From positions 186,001 to 250,000 of the forward strand of contig QPMI01000117.1 of assembly GCA_004431415.1 (NCBI GenBank): DNA of 64,000 nt, read 5' to 3'. The stretch comes from Cyanophora paradoxa CCMP329 (Eukaryota; Plantae; Glaucophyta). The translations under genes and the position numbers were made by a program. Of this stretch, positions 11,478 to 23,400 are shown piece by piece. The stretch's first letter is position 1. Each line of letters opens with the position of its first letter. Under the pieces are notes generated by a model. It did not search any database, was not told the origin of the DNA, and saw nothing but the letters and a program-made list of their open reading frames with translations.

Positions 11478-12036
11478 TGGTAGGGGGTACTGCATTCGTG
11501 CTGCGTTCGCTACGCTCACCCCCGCGGCCTCCGGCGGCGGTACCCGGCTTCGGATCCCCGAACCCGGAAGAAACCGCGTACCCCTCCCCGGGGTACGCCG
11601 TTCGCCCCAACCGGCCCCACAAGGCGCGGCCCGAGGCCGAACGCGTACCCCGGAGAGGGGTACGGCGTCAGAGCGGCCCCGATCAAGTGTACCCCCGAGC
11701 GGGGTACCCCGATCGGCCCCGCGACGGCCCCGAGCGGAGTACCCCCGAGCGGGGTACACCGTCTCGACCCGCAACGGCCCTCCCCGGGGTACAAGCGCCT
11801 AGCACGCTTACCCCGGAGAGTTCTTGTTCCGGAACTCGCAAGGGCGAGGCCGGAATGGCATACGGCGATCCGCCCTGGTCGATCGCCAACGTATTATGAT
11901 ACGTGGTTCCCGGGAAAGCAGCCTTGAGCTGCCGTACCTCAGGGCCCAACCCGATGCGCTATCCCGTGCATCTAGCTAAGTAGTGTCAGGCGTAAGATAG
12001 CTAGGTCTTCTGCATTCGAATGAAGCGAGGCGTAAA
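11478..12036. repeat. Split repeat B, copy 2 (right terminus of the element)
   Basis: Near-identical to 9961-10512; identity ends after GCGTAAA. Confidence 0.95.
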
Positions 12037-13620
12037 GGGAGAGAGCTCTGTTCTGAAGCGCATCACCATGGAGCCACTTGGGGCTTTGATGAACTCCACC
12101 AGCTTGCCGTTGGCCGTCGCGTCGTCCAGGATCGGCACCATGATCGTCCGCAGGCCTCTCGGGTCGGGCTGGGCGTCCGAGCAGGACAAGCTCGGATTCG
12201 CGCCAATGAGGCGCGGGATGATCGCTGCGGCCCGGACCGCGAGGGTCGACTTAGACCTCAGCTCGTTCGCGCGGGCGCGTGCACGCAGGGCTCACCGCCG
12301 GCGACTGCTTTCACTTGCTGCGCATCCGCCTGGTCGCGGATTCCGCGCCCTTGGTGCGGACTCGCCGTGACGGCGGCGAGCAGCTCCGGCGTCATTCACT
12401 AGTAGATAGGGGGGGGAAGTGACATTATTCTGACATTACTCTGACATTATTTAAAATGTCAGAATGAATGACATTATTCTGACATCATTCTGACATTACT
12501 AGACAGCGCGAGACTTGACCTTCAAATGCTAGAATCAGCTCGGAAACTAGGCCGGCGGGCGTCCCCGGCCCAACATTTAGCGTCGGGCGGTGCTCTTTCG
12601 ATGATGAGTGTCCGCTTGCGCCGGTTTAATGTCAGAATAATGTCATCATGCCCGATATTATCTTGACTTTACTTTGACAATATATAGCCTCTTCATACTA
12701 AACATCCGTACTATACGCGCGCGGCCGCCCGGGCGGCCCCGCAAGGAGATTTCGGGCCGGCGCTCCCCGGACGCCGGCCGCCGCGCCCGGCGTATGGATG
12801 GGCCGTGTCACAGGAAGCCGCGCACAGGAAGCGGCCCGGTGCGCCTCCGGTGGCCGCCCTAGGAGATAATGTCAGAATAATTTCAGATTAAGGTCAGGTG
12901 AGGGGTGTTCGGATGGGGGCGATCCGAGGTACGTTGCAGCGCGCATTGAAGAGACATTTAATATCATGTATAAAGGTTCAAAACGGTTGAGAGCGGCGCC
13001 GTGGGCTGGCGAGCGCGCACCAGAAAAGCGCGGAGCTTCGCTGCAGTTTCGCTTGGACAGATCGCCTCCGAAATCCCGCTGCTCCCGCGCTGCTCCCGGC
13101 CGGACGCTCGCCGCCGCCCTTAGCGTCCCCCGCCCCGCCCCAGCCTTAGCATTCCGGCCCGTCCGGCCTCGGCCTTAGCGCCCCCTCTCCGCCCTGGCCT
13201 TAACGCCTGGCTGGCTGGCTGGCTGGCTGATGTTCTCCTCTTTTGCAGGAGGTGGATCGGAAGAGAGGCGCGGGCGGACGACGGGCGCGGGCGCGGGCGG
13301 CGGGCGCAGTACTATTTAGACAGTAGTATGTTGTTAGATTGATGTTATTGTGACATCAACATGACATTATATCTGATATCACTCTGACAGTATTCTGACA
13401 TTTTGGGATAATGTCAGAATAATATCAAGTCGGACAAAAATAATGTCAGAATAATATCGGGTCTGACATTATAAATAATGTCAGAGTACTGTCAGAATAA
13501 TGTCACTTCCCCCCCCTATCTACTAGTGATTGGTTTGTCGATGAAGTGCTGATCGAGAAGCGCCAGCGCGGGCCCGAAGGCGGCTCCAGCCGTGGTCGCC
13601 AACGACGCGAGGAGCGCCAT
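12037..13620 (-). pseudogene. Gene of unknown function disrupted by two mobile elements
   Basis: Removing the CACTA element and one ATT restores an open frame from ATG 13620: MALLASLATTAGAAFGPALALLDQHFIDKP^MTPELLAAVTASPHQGRGIRDQADAQQVKAVAG, then a GT-AG intron (12295-12225), then AIIPRLIGANPSLSCSDAQPDPRGLRTIMVPILDDATANGKLVEFIKAPSGSMVMRFRTELSPF, which runs into repeat B2. Confidence 0.65.
12397..13528. mobile_element. Non-autonomous CACTA (EnSpm/CMC) DNA transposon, 1132 bp
   Basis: TIRs CACTAGTAGATAGGGGGGGGAAGTGACATTATTCTGACA and TGTCAGAATAATGTCACTTCCCCCCCCTATCTACTAGTG. 3-bp TSD ATT at 12394-12396 and 13529-13531. Many subterminal TGACATTATTC/AATGTCAGAAT repeats in both orientations. Confidence 0.95.
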
Positions 13621-14062
13621 TCTTCAGCCGCGCACTGCGCGGGCGGCTAACGTGATCAGCGACCGAGCGCCGCCGGGCGCCGGCGCCGCGTGCGGCTGCA
13701 TGTGCGCACATGAGTTCGTGCGGTTCTCGTCGACTCCGCCCGGCCGTCCGCTACGAGCCTGCGAGTCTGCGAGTCGGCGAAGTGGTCGGTTGGACGTCGG
13801 TCTGCGGCACAGCTGACAGACGCAATGCTGCTGCAACGTCGACAGACGCACTGCTGCCAGGCTGGTCGATCTGCTGCCGGCCGGGCTTTTAATTTGTGAG
13901 AACTGTGACCAGCTGGGGGGTACAGGTTGGTGCAGTGAAATGCTATCCCCATGCACGCTGTTTGTGACAGTTTGTCATCAGAATGAATTCATCCGATGCA
14001 CTTGTAATATCGAATTGAAGAGTGATAAACAGAGATCTAGACACGTGCGGGGGCCCGCCTCT

Positions 14063-17000
14063 CTAGACGGCGCGCCAGCCGGGGCCGACCTGCACGCCGT
14101 CGGCCGCGCAGCAGGGGCAGCCGCCGTGGCCGTGGCCCGCCCCGTGCCCCGCGAACTGTGCCGCCGGCAGCGGCGGGCCGACGGGCGCCGCGTATCCGTA
14201 CGCGTCCGCTGCCGCCGGCGCCGGCGGGGGCATCGGCGCCGCCGCGGGGGCCGCCTCCGGTAGTAGTAGGCCGGGGGCGCGGCGGGGCGGGGCCGGCGCC
14301 GGCGAGGGGCGCGGCGCTGGGCGGGGCCCGGCGGCGGGGCCGGGGAGCGGCCGCGGCGCGGGGCGGGACCGGCGGAGGCGGCACGGGCGCCGCGCTGGCG
14401 GAGGCGCTCGTTCTCGAGCTTCAGGCGGAGCACCTCGCTCTGCTCCGCCCCGGCCCGCGTCAGACTTGCCAGAAAGACGCGCCCCCGGGATCCGAACCTG
14501 GGACATCTGGGCGGCGATGCGGTCCGCGCGGGCCTTGGCGACGTTCGCGGCCTGGTGCGCCCTCGGCAGCACGCTGTGCGCGTACCTGCGCCCCACCGGG
14601 ACGACGTCGGGCTCGACCCGAGGGCGAGGGCTTCGATCCGCCGGGGCGGGGCGGGGCGGGGTGTACCGGTCGATGGTGGACATGAGGCGGCGCCGGGCGT
14701 TCAGCTGCGCGTCCAGCGACTTGCGCAGGTCCTCCACCTGCCGGCGGCCCTCGGGAAAAGGCTGGGCGGGGCGGGGGCGGGGGAAAGCCGACCTCTCCGG
14801 CCTCTCGGGCGAGGCGCTCCTGGACGCCGTACCCCGCGGCGCGCTCGCGCTCCAGCTGGCGCTCGAGGGCCCGCACGCGGTCGCGGCTCGCCTCGAGCTG
14901 CGCGGCCAGGTCCACCGCGCGCGCCCCCTGCTCGTCCACCTCCCCCTGCATCAGCTCCAGCTGCCGCATCAGCCCCGCGTTCTGCGCAGAGCCGGGCGTC
15001 AGAGGACGAAATCAAACAAAGAGGCGAGCGCGCGCGCCTGGCCGGCGAGGCCGTTGAGCTGCTCGGCGGCGGCGTCGCCGTCGAGGTCCGACTGGCGGAC
15101 CCGCTCGTGCAGCGCCGCCTGCTGCGCCTGCAGCCGCCGCAGCTCCTCCCGCAGCCGCTCCTGCAAAGAGAAAGAAGAAGATTAGATCCGAGCGCGCCGC
15201 GCAGGGTTCGAATTCGTTGGGCGTGCGGACGTGGAGCTTGGCGGCGGCCTGGAGCTCCATTTCGGCCTCGGTGCGGCGCGCCTGCTCCTCCCGCACCCGC
15301 TCCTTCAGCGCCTCGCACACCCGCTGCTGCGCGTCCAGCTCCCCTTCCAGCCGCCCCGCCTCCTCTGCCCCCCCCGCCCGCCCTCAGCCTTCGGCCGCCT
15401 GCTGACCCTGCCCCGCGCACCCTTCTCGCGGTCCCCGCGGCGCTCCGACGCGTCCCGGACCTTGCGGATCTGACCGCGCGGTCAGGTCCAAAAGGAAAGG
15501 GGGCGGGACCAGGGCCGGGCCTCGTCCTTGAGGCGGCGAATGGACTCGGACTGGCGCTCGCCCTTCTGGCGGAGCTCCTCCTGATCCGCCTTGGACCGCT
15601 CCAGCAGCTCCCGGTACGCCTCGAACTGGGCGCGCGCGGGGCCGGGGCCGGCGGCGGTCAGCGAGCTCTGCCTCCGCGCAGCGCAGCGGTCTGAGGGGGC
15701 GGGGGCGGACCACGCGCTCGAGCTCGGCCTTCTCGTCCTCCAGCTGCCGGATCTTGTCCAGCACGAAGCCTGCGCGCGAGCTTGACAAGGGCCGGCCCGG
15801 CCGCCCTGAGGCGGACGACAGACGGACCCTGGTCGACCCGCGCGATCGCCTCGCGCTGCACGTCCGCCTGCAGCCGCGCCCGCCGGTCCCCGCCCAGCGG
15901 CCCCGCCGCCGCGGTCCTCGGCCCGGGGCTCGGCGAGCGGCCGCGCGCGACCGGAGCTGCGGCTGGGGCGGGGAGGGCGGCGGCGGCGCCGAAGGAGAGG
16001 GCGTGGAGGTCGTTGAGGTAGGCGCCGGAGGCCCAGCCGCCGAAGACGACGACTCGGGAGCCGCCGTCCAGAAGCACCGCAGTGTGCGCGTAGCGCGCCC
16101 GCGGCGCCCGCCCGTGCACGCGCGGCGCCACCTGCGCCGCCCCCCGCTCTGCTCTGCCCTCCGCTCGGCTCTGCACGGGGTTACTAGTCACTCGCGCACC
16201 CAGCTCATGACGTCGGCGTCGAGGACGGTGACGTCGTCGAGGCAGGCGGTGTTGCCACGCGCCGTGTCGCGCCCGCCGTAGACGACGAGCGTGAGGGGCC
16301 CGCCCCAGGCCGCCGCCGTCGCCGTGTGGCGCGCCCGCGGGCGGGGCACCTGCCCGTCCGCCACCTCGGCCGCGAAGCGGTACGCCTCCGTGTCGAAGAC
16401 GAAGGCGCAGTCCAGCGCCGCGCGGTCCGCCGCCGAGCCGTTCCACCCGCCGTAGATCAGGATCTGGGGCGCGCCCGTTCCTTCCTCTGCTTCCCCGTAC
16501 CCCGCGCGGGGTGCAGGATTGTTATCATTATTCGCACCTCGTGGCTGGAGATGGGCGTCGCGCTGTGGCCCGCCCGCGCGGGGAACTGCTCCCCCGTCGT
16601 CCGCACCTTCCGCCACTCGTACGCCGCTGCGGCGCGGCGCGGCCGGTAGACCGTCGGCGGAAGTGGGCTCCGAAGAGGAGCGGAAGTGGGGGGGGGGGTA
16701 CCGAGGTCCAGGAACCAGACGTCGTCGAGGTACGTCTGGCCGTCGTACCCCCCGATGACATACACGCGGGAGCCGTGCAGGGTCGCCGTGTGGTGCGCCC
16801 GCCCCGACGGCGGCCGCCCGCGGACCTTCAGCGGCGCCCAGCGCATGCTCTCTGCGGTCCCGGATCGGCCCTGGCAGGCCGGCCGGCCGGACTGACGGGG
16901 CGGGGCGCGGCGGACCGACGTCGAGGAGCCATGCGTCGTTGAGGAGGGGCCCGGCGCCCCAGCCACCGAAGACGAGCATGTGCTTGGCATCCACCATCAC

Positions 17001-17784
17001 CGCCGCGTGCCCGTACCGCGCCGGCGGAGTCGGTCCCGACGCCGCGATCCGCTCCCACTTCATCGTGTCTGCGCCCGGAGGGGATGGATGATGATGAGCC
17101 CGGCCGCCGGGCGAGCGCGCAGGGGCGTGCGGGCGTGCGGGCGAGAGGGCGGCGGGGCGGACCGGTGGGGAGCAAGTAGAGATCAGAGAGGTGGCCCTCG
17201 CCGTTGGAGAGCATGTCGAAGCCCCAGCCGCCGAAGACGAGCATCTGGGAGTCGCCCAGCGCCACCGCCGAGTGCCCGTAGCGCGGCGAGGGCAGCGACC
17301 CCAGCGCGGCAATCTCCGACCAGCGCAGCCCGAGCGCGTCCGTCGCCTCCTCTGCGGGGCGCGGGCGCGGCGCCGGCTCAGAGCGCGACTGACGTGTCCG
17401 GAGCCCTTCAGTCGAGCTCGGGCGGGGCGGGTCCCAGCGCTCACCAGTTCGGTTCGGGTGCCATTCCTGCTCGACCCGCGCGCGCCGACGCTCGGCCCGC
17501 GGCTCCTCGGCCGGCGCGTACTCCTCCTCGTACACTTCGTCCCCGTAGTAGTCCTCCTCGTCCTGGGCGAGCTTCCTGAGCTTCTTCTGGGACTGGAAAA
17601 CGATGTAGCTAACGCACCTCTTCCCGCGCTCGCTGGTAGACTGGCTGAAGCTGCGGGCGGTCGCCGCCGGGTTGCTGGGGTTGAGCTGGCGGCGAGGCGC
17701 GAATCGGAAGTACCGGAAGCGTACCGTTTGCCTCGGAGCGCCTCCGCCGCTTCTATACATGTGACTGTGAGTAACCCGGCTCAT
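14063..17784 (-). CDS. Multi-exon Kelch-repeat beta-propeller protein with C-terminal coiled coil and Pro/Ala-rich tail
   Basis: Six Kelch motifs across exons (PSPRYGHSAV...VFGGW, PARYGHAAV...VFGGW, GRAHHTAT...VIGGY, ARAGHSAT...IYGGW, RARHTAT...VYGGR, ARYAHTAV...VFGGW). Heptad-rich exons follow (VLDKIRQLEDEKAELE, RQLELMQGEVDEQ). The last exon appears to need a 1-nt frame correction near 14260. Confidence 0.85.
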
Positions 17785-17940
17785 CTCCGCTAAGCAACGG
17801 CCCTCTTTGGTGGGTACGCGAAATGCAATCCATGACCCGTACCCCGGGGTCTTGGTAGCAGAGCGCTCGAGCGAGCTTCCGAACAAGAACCGAGCGCGCC
17901 AGCGCGCAGCGCGTCGGCTCTCTGAGCCGACGGCAGCGGG
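17785..17940. promoter_or_regulatory. Putative bidirectional promoter / 5' UTRs (156 bp between divergent ATGs)
   Basis: Kelch ATG (-) at 17784 and VPS13 ATG (+) at 17941. Confidence 0.55.
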
Positions 17941-20437
17941 ATGCCGGGCCTCATCGAGAAGTTCGTCAACAAGCTCATCGTCGAGCAGCTTGCGAAGTGG
18001 GTCCGCATCGAGAAGGGAGTCGAGATCTCTATCCTCAAAGGTTCGACCCTCGCTGCCCCTGGCCAGCTCGTGCCTGCATCGGCTGGTGCCTGGCAAATAA
18101 ACGGACGGGTGCGGCAGGATACGTGAAGATCGAGAATGTCGAGCTGCTCCCTTCGGCCTTCGAAGCGCTCAACCTGCCCATCATCATCAAGCGCGGTGCG
18201 CTCGACGGATCGCCCCTTCAACATCCCGGCGCTCGGCTCGGGCGCCCGACGCGCTCGTGCAGGCTTCGTGCGCAAAATCCACGTCAAGTTCGGGGTGCAA
18301 AGCTTCCTGCACTCTCCGTGCGTCTGCCCGCCCGCCCGATCCAACCCTCCGAGGGTCCGGGCGGCAACCTGACACGCGCCGGGGCGCTCCCTTCACTTTA
18401 CGGCGCGCAGCATCATCGTCAATGTCGGTGCGCCGGGCCGCGGCCGCGCCTCCCGCGCTCCCGCTCGCCCCCGCGCCGCCGCCGACGCGCCCGGCTGCAG
18501 AGGAGCTCCTGCTCGTGCTGGCTCCGGACGACCAGGTGCCCCCGCCGCCCCTGGTTTCCGCGGCGCCGGCGAGCCGAGCGGCGGGGGCGCAGTGGGACCA
18601 GCAGAAGGAGGCGAAGCGGCAGGCTGCGGTGAAGCAGTCGAAGCTGAACGCCGACGACGTCGTGCGCAAGTTCGTGCGCGACTCGTTCGTGTACGGCAAG
18701 ACCGCCGCCCCCGTCGAGCTCCCCAAGATCGTCGAGCGCATCGTCGACAACCTCCAGGCGCGCCCCGCCCCGCCTCCCCGCCCCCCCGTGCCCGAGCCCC
18801 CCACGAACTTGCGTGCAGGTGAACCTGAGCTTCATCCATGTCGCCTACGAGGACCACTTCACAACCCCGGATGTACGCCGCCCAAGGTCGCGCCGCCCAG
18901 CGGTCAGGGCCGCGCGCTGAGGGAGGGCCCCCGGCAGCACCCGTTCGTGGCGGGGGTCATGCTGCCGAGCCTCGTGCTGCGCCCCGGCGACCGCCGTGAC
19001 AAGAACGCTCTGTTCAAGAACCTCGAGGCCCGCCCTGAGTACCCCCCTCGCGCTTCCCCTTCCCCACTTCTCACTTCGGGGCCAGATCGACCGCCTCTGC
19101 GTCTATTGGAACGCGGACCGCCACTTCCACTCCGTCGAGGCGCGTATTTGCGTACCCCCGAGCCCCCCGCCTCCGGGGTACGACGCGACGCGCTTTCGGC
19201 GCAGGCTCTGGGCCCGGAGCAAGTCCTGCACCACCTCTCGCACGCGGTGCACACGTGCGGGCTGCCGCAGGGCGCCTCCGAGGGCCCGCCCATGCGCTAC
19301 ATCCTCTCCCCGCTCTCCTGCAAGGTCGAGGTGCGGACTGCGGACCCGCCGCGCCCTGTCCTTCGCCCTCTCAGGCGTACCCCCCGCCAGTTCGCGAAGA
19401 GGGGCCGGCTGGCCGCCAAGCTGACCAAGGAGCTCATCGCATCGGTACCCCCTCCCTTCCCTTGGATCGCCGTACTCCGCGCGGCGTCTGACCGGGGGGC
19501 GCGAAGGGCGAGCCCATCGCCACCGTCCGCATCAGCGCCCCGGACGTGCGCGGAACCCCTCTACCCCCCTCCCGGAAACCCCGTACCCCTGACTCCCTCC
19601 CCCCCTCTCCCCCGCAGGTTCATCTGGACGTGGACCCGTCCCAGATCGACGCGATCAAGCGCTTCGCCGACTTCGTCACCCAGACCGAGAAGTGCGGCGG
19701 CGGCGGCGGCTGCGGCCGGCGAACGCGGGGCCGCGCGGCTGAGCGGCGCCGGGGTACAGGTTTTTCAAGCGGCGGGAGCGGAGGCCGCGGCACTTCCTGC
19801 GGATGCGGGGCGACGGGGGCCACTCGATCCGCGGCTGGTGGCGCTACGCCATCCTGACCATACTGGACGCCATCCGCCACCGCAACCGCAAGTGGAACTG
19901 GTTCAACCTCCTGCAGCAGCGGTCCGCCCGCCCGCCCCGCCTGCCCGTCCGCCCCGGCGCCGCCCCTCGCCCCGCGATCTGATCCGCGGCCCGGCCCGCC
20001 CCCGCGCGCAGGGCGGATCGGGACCGGTACGTGGACACGCGCATCCGCCTGTACCGTGAGGGCGAGTTCTTCGACGCCGTCTACACCGAGGTACCCGTAC
20101 CCCCCTTCCCCCCCCCCCCAGAACTGAGCCGAGCCTGCGCGCGCGCCCCGCAGTGCCAGGCGATCTGCAAGGAGATCGAGGACCGGAACAGCTTCCAGCA
20201 GATCTTGTTCTTCCGCAACATATCCGACCTGGAGCTCATCCGCTCCTTCAGGCCCGCCCGCCCGCCCGCCCGCAGCCCGCCCGACCGCCCGCCTGCCCGC
20301 GCCTGCAGCATCTGACGAGGCGACGCCGGCGGCGCAGGGATCTGCCGATGGACCCGCGGCTGGAGAAGCAGCAGCTGAAGCAGATCGCCCACTTCCAGGC
20401 GGGGGACGTTTCCAGGCGGGAAAGCGGGGTCGTGGAG

Positions 20438-20468
<31 letters not shown>

Positions 20469-23400
20469 GGCGGCGGCGCGGGCGCTCCCTGTGGCGCAAG
20501 CTGAAGGACGCCCTCAAGTCCCGCAAGTCGCGCTCCCGCTCGCGGCACCGCTCCCGGTCGGCCGGCGCACTGCGCGACTCGGACGCCGAAGGGCTGCTGG
20601 GCCAGGGCCAGCAGCAGCAGCACATCGCGTTCGGCGGCGACGGCGGCGGCGGCGAGGCCGGCGGGCAGCGCGGCTCGCTGCCGGGGCGCGCGCGCAACGC
20701 GTCGCTCTCCGAGCTGGGCTTTGGTCGGACCTCGTCGCAGGGCGGGCCGCGGCCCATCACGCCCTCGCTGCAGAACTTCGACGCCGGAAGCTCCCACGGG
20801 GGCCATGGCGTCGTCGCCGTGCGCCCTTCCCGCCCCGCCACGCCCCGCCCCGCCCGTCTCCTGACCCGCGTCCCTTTGCTTCAGACGGTGGAGGACCTGC
20901 AGGCGCGGCTGCTGCAGCGGGCGAAGACGCTGCGCAAGTACGCCTCCAAGACCTCGGAGTCGCGCGCCAAGTCGATCAAGAAGCTGAAGGAGGCGGACGA
21001 CGACGCGCGCATGGCCGGCGTCGCCACCGCCAAGCAGGTGCCCGCGTCGGCGGAGCGAGCCCGAGGGGGTCCCAAGATAGGAGGCCGGAGGCGTCGCGTC
21101 CTCGGCGACCGCCACCGCTGCCTCTGGGGCCTCGACCCTTATCTCCGTCCGCGCAGATGTTCGACATGGCCGAGGACATCATGCAGCGCGTCCAGGCGCG
21201 TCCGTCCCTTCCCTTAGGACATCATGCAGCGCGTCCTGAGGGGGTCGGCTGCGCAGGGCCACTTCGCGCAGTCGACGCGCACTATGAGCCCGCAGGAGCT
21301 GCGCCAGTTCCTCCAGGTCCGCCCGGCCCGGCCCCGCCCCGCCCGCGCCGCCCATTGCCTCACGTACCCCGCCCCGCACCGGACAGGACACGGTGTACCC
21401 GGACTACGCGGCGGCGATGGAGGAGTTCTACAGCTTCAACCTCAAGGTGCGAACGAAGCGAGGCGAAGCCGCCGCTCCGAGCCGCAGCGGCAGCTCAGCT
21501 CTGCGCTCTGCGCAGGACCCGCTGGACGCGGCCGGCGGCTCCTCCTACTCCAAAGTCCGCCTCGAGATCCACCTCCAGACGTGCGCGGCGGTGGCGGCGG
21601 CCTCGGGCCCCGCTCCACTCTGAGCTAGCTACGCCTTCTGAGCTTCTGAGCGCGCGCACGCAGGGTGAACCTCATGCTCTTCGAGAAGCCCCGGCAGAAG
21701 CTGCTGCAGAAGGGCCGCCGCTCGACCATCCCGCACCCGAACTCGACGGGCCTGCGCGGCTGGGCGCGCCTCAAGAAGCTCATCCCGGCCCTCCTCGACC
21801 GCTTCCCGGACCGCGAGGCCCGCAACCGCATGTGCAAGATCGAGCTCGGCGGCGTCAACATGCAGGCCAGCCCGCCCTAACTAACCCTCCATCAATCCAT
21901 CCTAACCCTTGCCCCTCTCCTTAGGTGCGGATGAAGCTGGCGGGGGTGACGGAGGTGAGCATCGCGCTGGACGACCTCTGCGTCCGCGACCTCGTGTTCG
22001 GCCACTACTGGGGCGTCCTCGCCGAGGTCCGCCCCTTCCGCCGAGCCGGGCCGGGCTGAGCCGACGCCCGGGACGGTTATGAGCTGCTAGGAGCGCCAAG
22101 CCTCGGCTAGCTAGCCTGGCCAGATCTGAGTGAGGGGCGGCGGGGCCAGATCCGGCGGGACGTGGAGAGCGCGCCGCCGTACGTGCGGCTGGAGGTCGTG
22201 GCCAGCGACTCGCTCGCCGAGATCGACATCAAGGCGCACCACATCAAGGGCGTCTACTCCCGGTCCGCTCGGCCTCCGCCCTCGCCTCGCCTTATCACGT
22301 CTACTCACGTCTGGCTGACGACGCCTTTCCGCAGATTCGTGGCGGTGCTGATCGCGCTGATGCAGCCGAGCACGCCGGGCGCCCGCGGCGACATCCGCTT
22401 CCACGACGGCATGCGGGCCTCCCTCAACCAGGCCCGCCGCGAGCCCTCCCTCCCTCTCTACTTCCTTTCTCCCTCCCCGGCCGTCTGTCCATCTGACGGG
22501 CGGATCCGCGCACGCACGCACGGCGCAGACGATTCGGCAGTCGGCGGCGGAGACGCTGGGGCAGATGCTCTCCAAGGTGAACGAACGTTCCCCCGAAGGA
22601 ACGTTCTCCTCGCCTCTTTCTGGTCTGTCTTAACTTTCCGGCGCCGCCTATAGGTGAACGTCATTCTTCGCCTGGAGGCCCTCAACATCCACGGCTTCAT
22701 CCCTGAGGAGAGGTGCGCCCTCAGAAGCCCGCAGCTGACTGACCGACCGACTGACCGACTGACCGATTGGCTGGCGGGGGCGGCGGCAGTTACCTGTCCG
22801 TGCCGGCACACGAGCGGCACACGCTGCTGCCGGGCGGCTGGGGCAAGAGCGACGCGCTGCTCATGATCGGCGACGTCGACCGCTTCCTCTGCGAGGCAAG
22901 CGAGCGAGGGCCACCCCGCCCGCCGCCTGCCCTCTGAGAGCGCCGGCTGAGCCGCGCGCGCAGGTGCACCTGGTGCCGAAGGACATGGGGCGGGACGGGC
23001 AGCGGCACGCCCCCGTGGACCCGACGACGGCCTCCGTCCTCAACCGCATCAAGCGCGGCGCCGTCAAGGAGTCCAACCAGGTCCGAGCGTAGCGTAGCGT
23101 AGCGTAGCGGACGGCTCTGACCGACTCGGCTCGGCGCAGGAGCTCATCTTCAACACGGTGGTGCTCTCCTTCACCGGCTGCGACGGGTACCTCTGCCGCG
23201 CCTCCGAGTGGCGGGGGGAGCCCACGCGCCGCGAGAAGCGCTTCCAGGTCCGTCCTTTTCTCCCCGCAGACCGCGCCCGGCCCCGCTCCGCCGCTTGACG
23301 GGCGGCCCGGGCGCGCGCGCACACACATACACACAAACACAGCTCGCCGAGCGGTTCGACTTCAAGGTCGAGATCTACCAGGTCCGTCCGCCCGTTCGGC

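Larger units (their letters stand above)
1..12036. mobile_element. Non-autonomous split-direct-repeat retroelement (TOC1/PAT/Ngaro-like tyrosine-recombinase class); left end lies outside the window
   Basis: 1-116 is identical to 10714-10829 (repeat A). 9961-10512 is near-identical to 11478-12036 (repeat B, differing only by small homopolymer indels). Order is A1...B1-A2-unique spacer-B2. The interior has tandem arrays and no credible ORF. Confidence 0.75.

Noticed and set aside
9961-12036. TRIM/LTR element with B repeats as LTRs
   Set aside because: B ends in TAAA rather than CA, no TSD or PBS is visible, and the sequence after B1 recurs 10.7 kb upstream, which fits split direct repeats better.
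14230-14400. Programmed frameshift or pseudogenisation in the last Kelch exon
   Set aside because: The apparent 1-nt shift lies among C/G runs, and the B1/B2 comparison shows similar homopolymer indels. Sequencing error is more likely.
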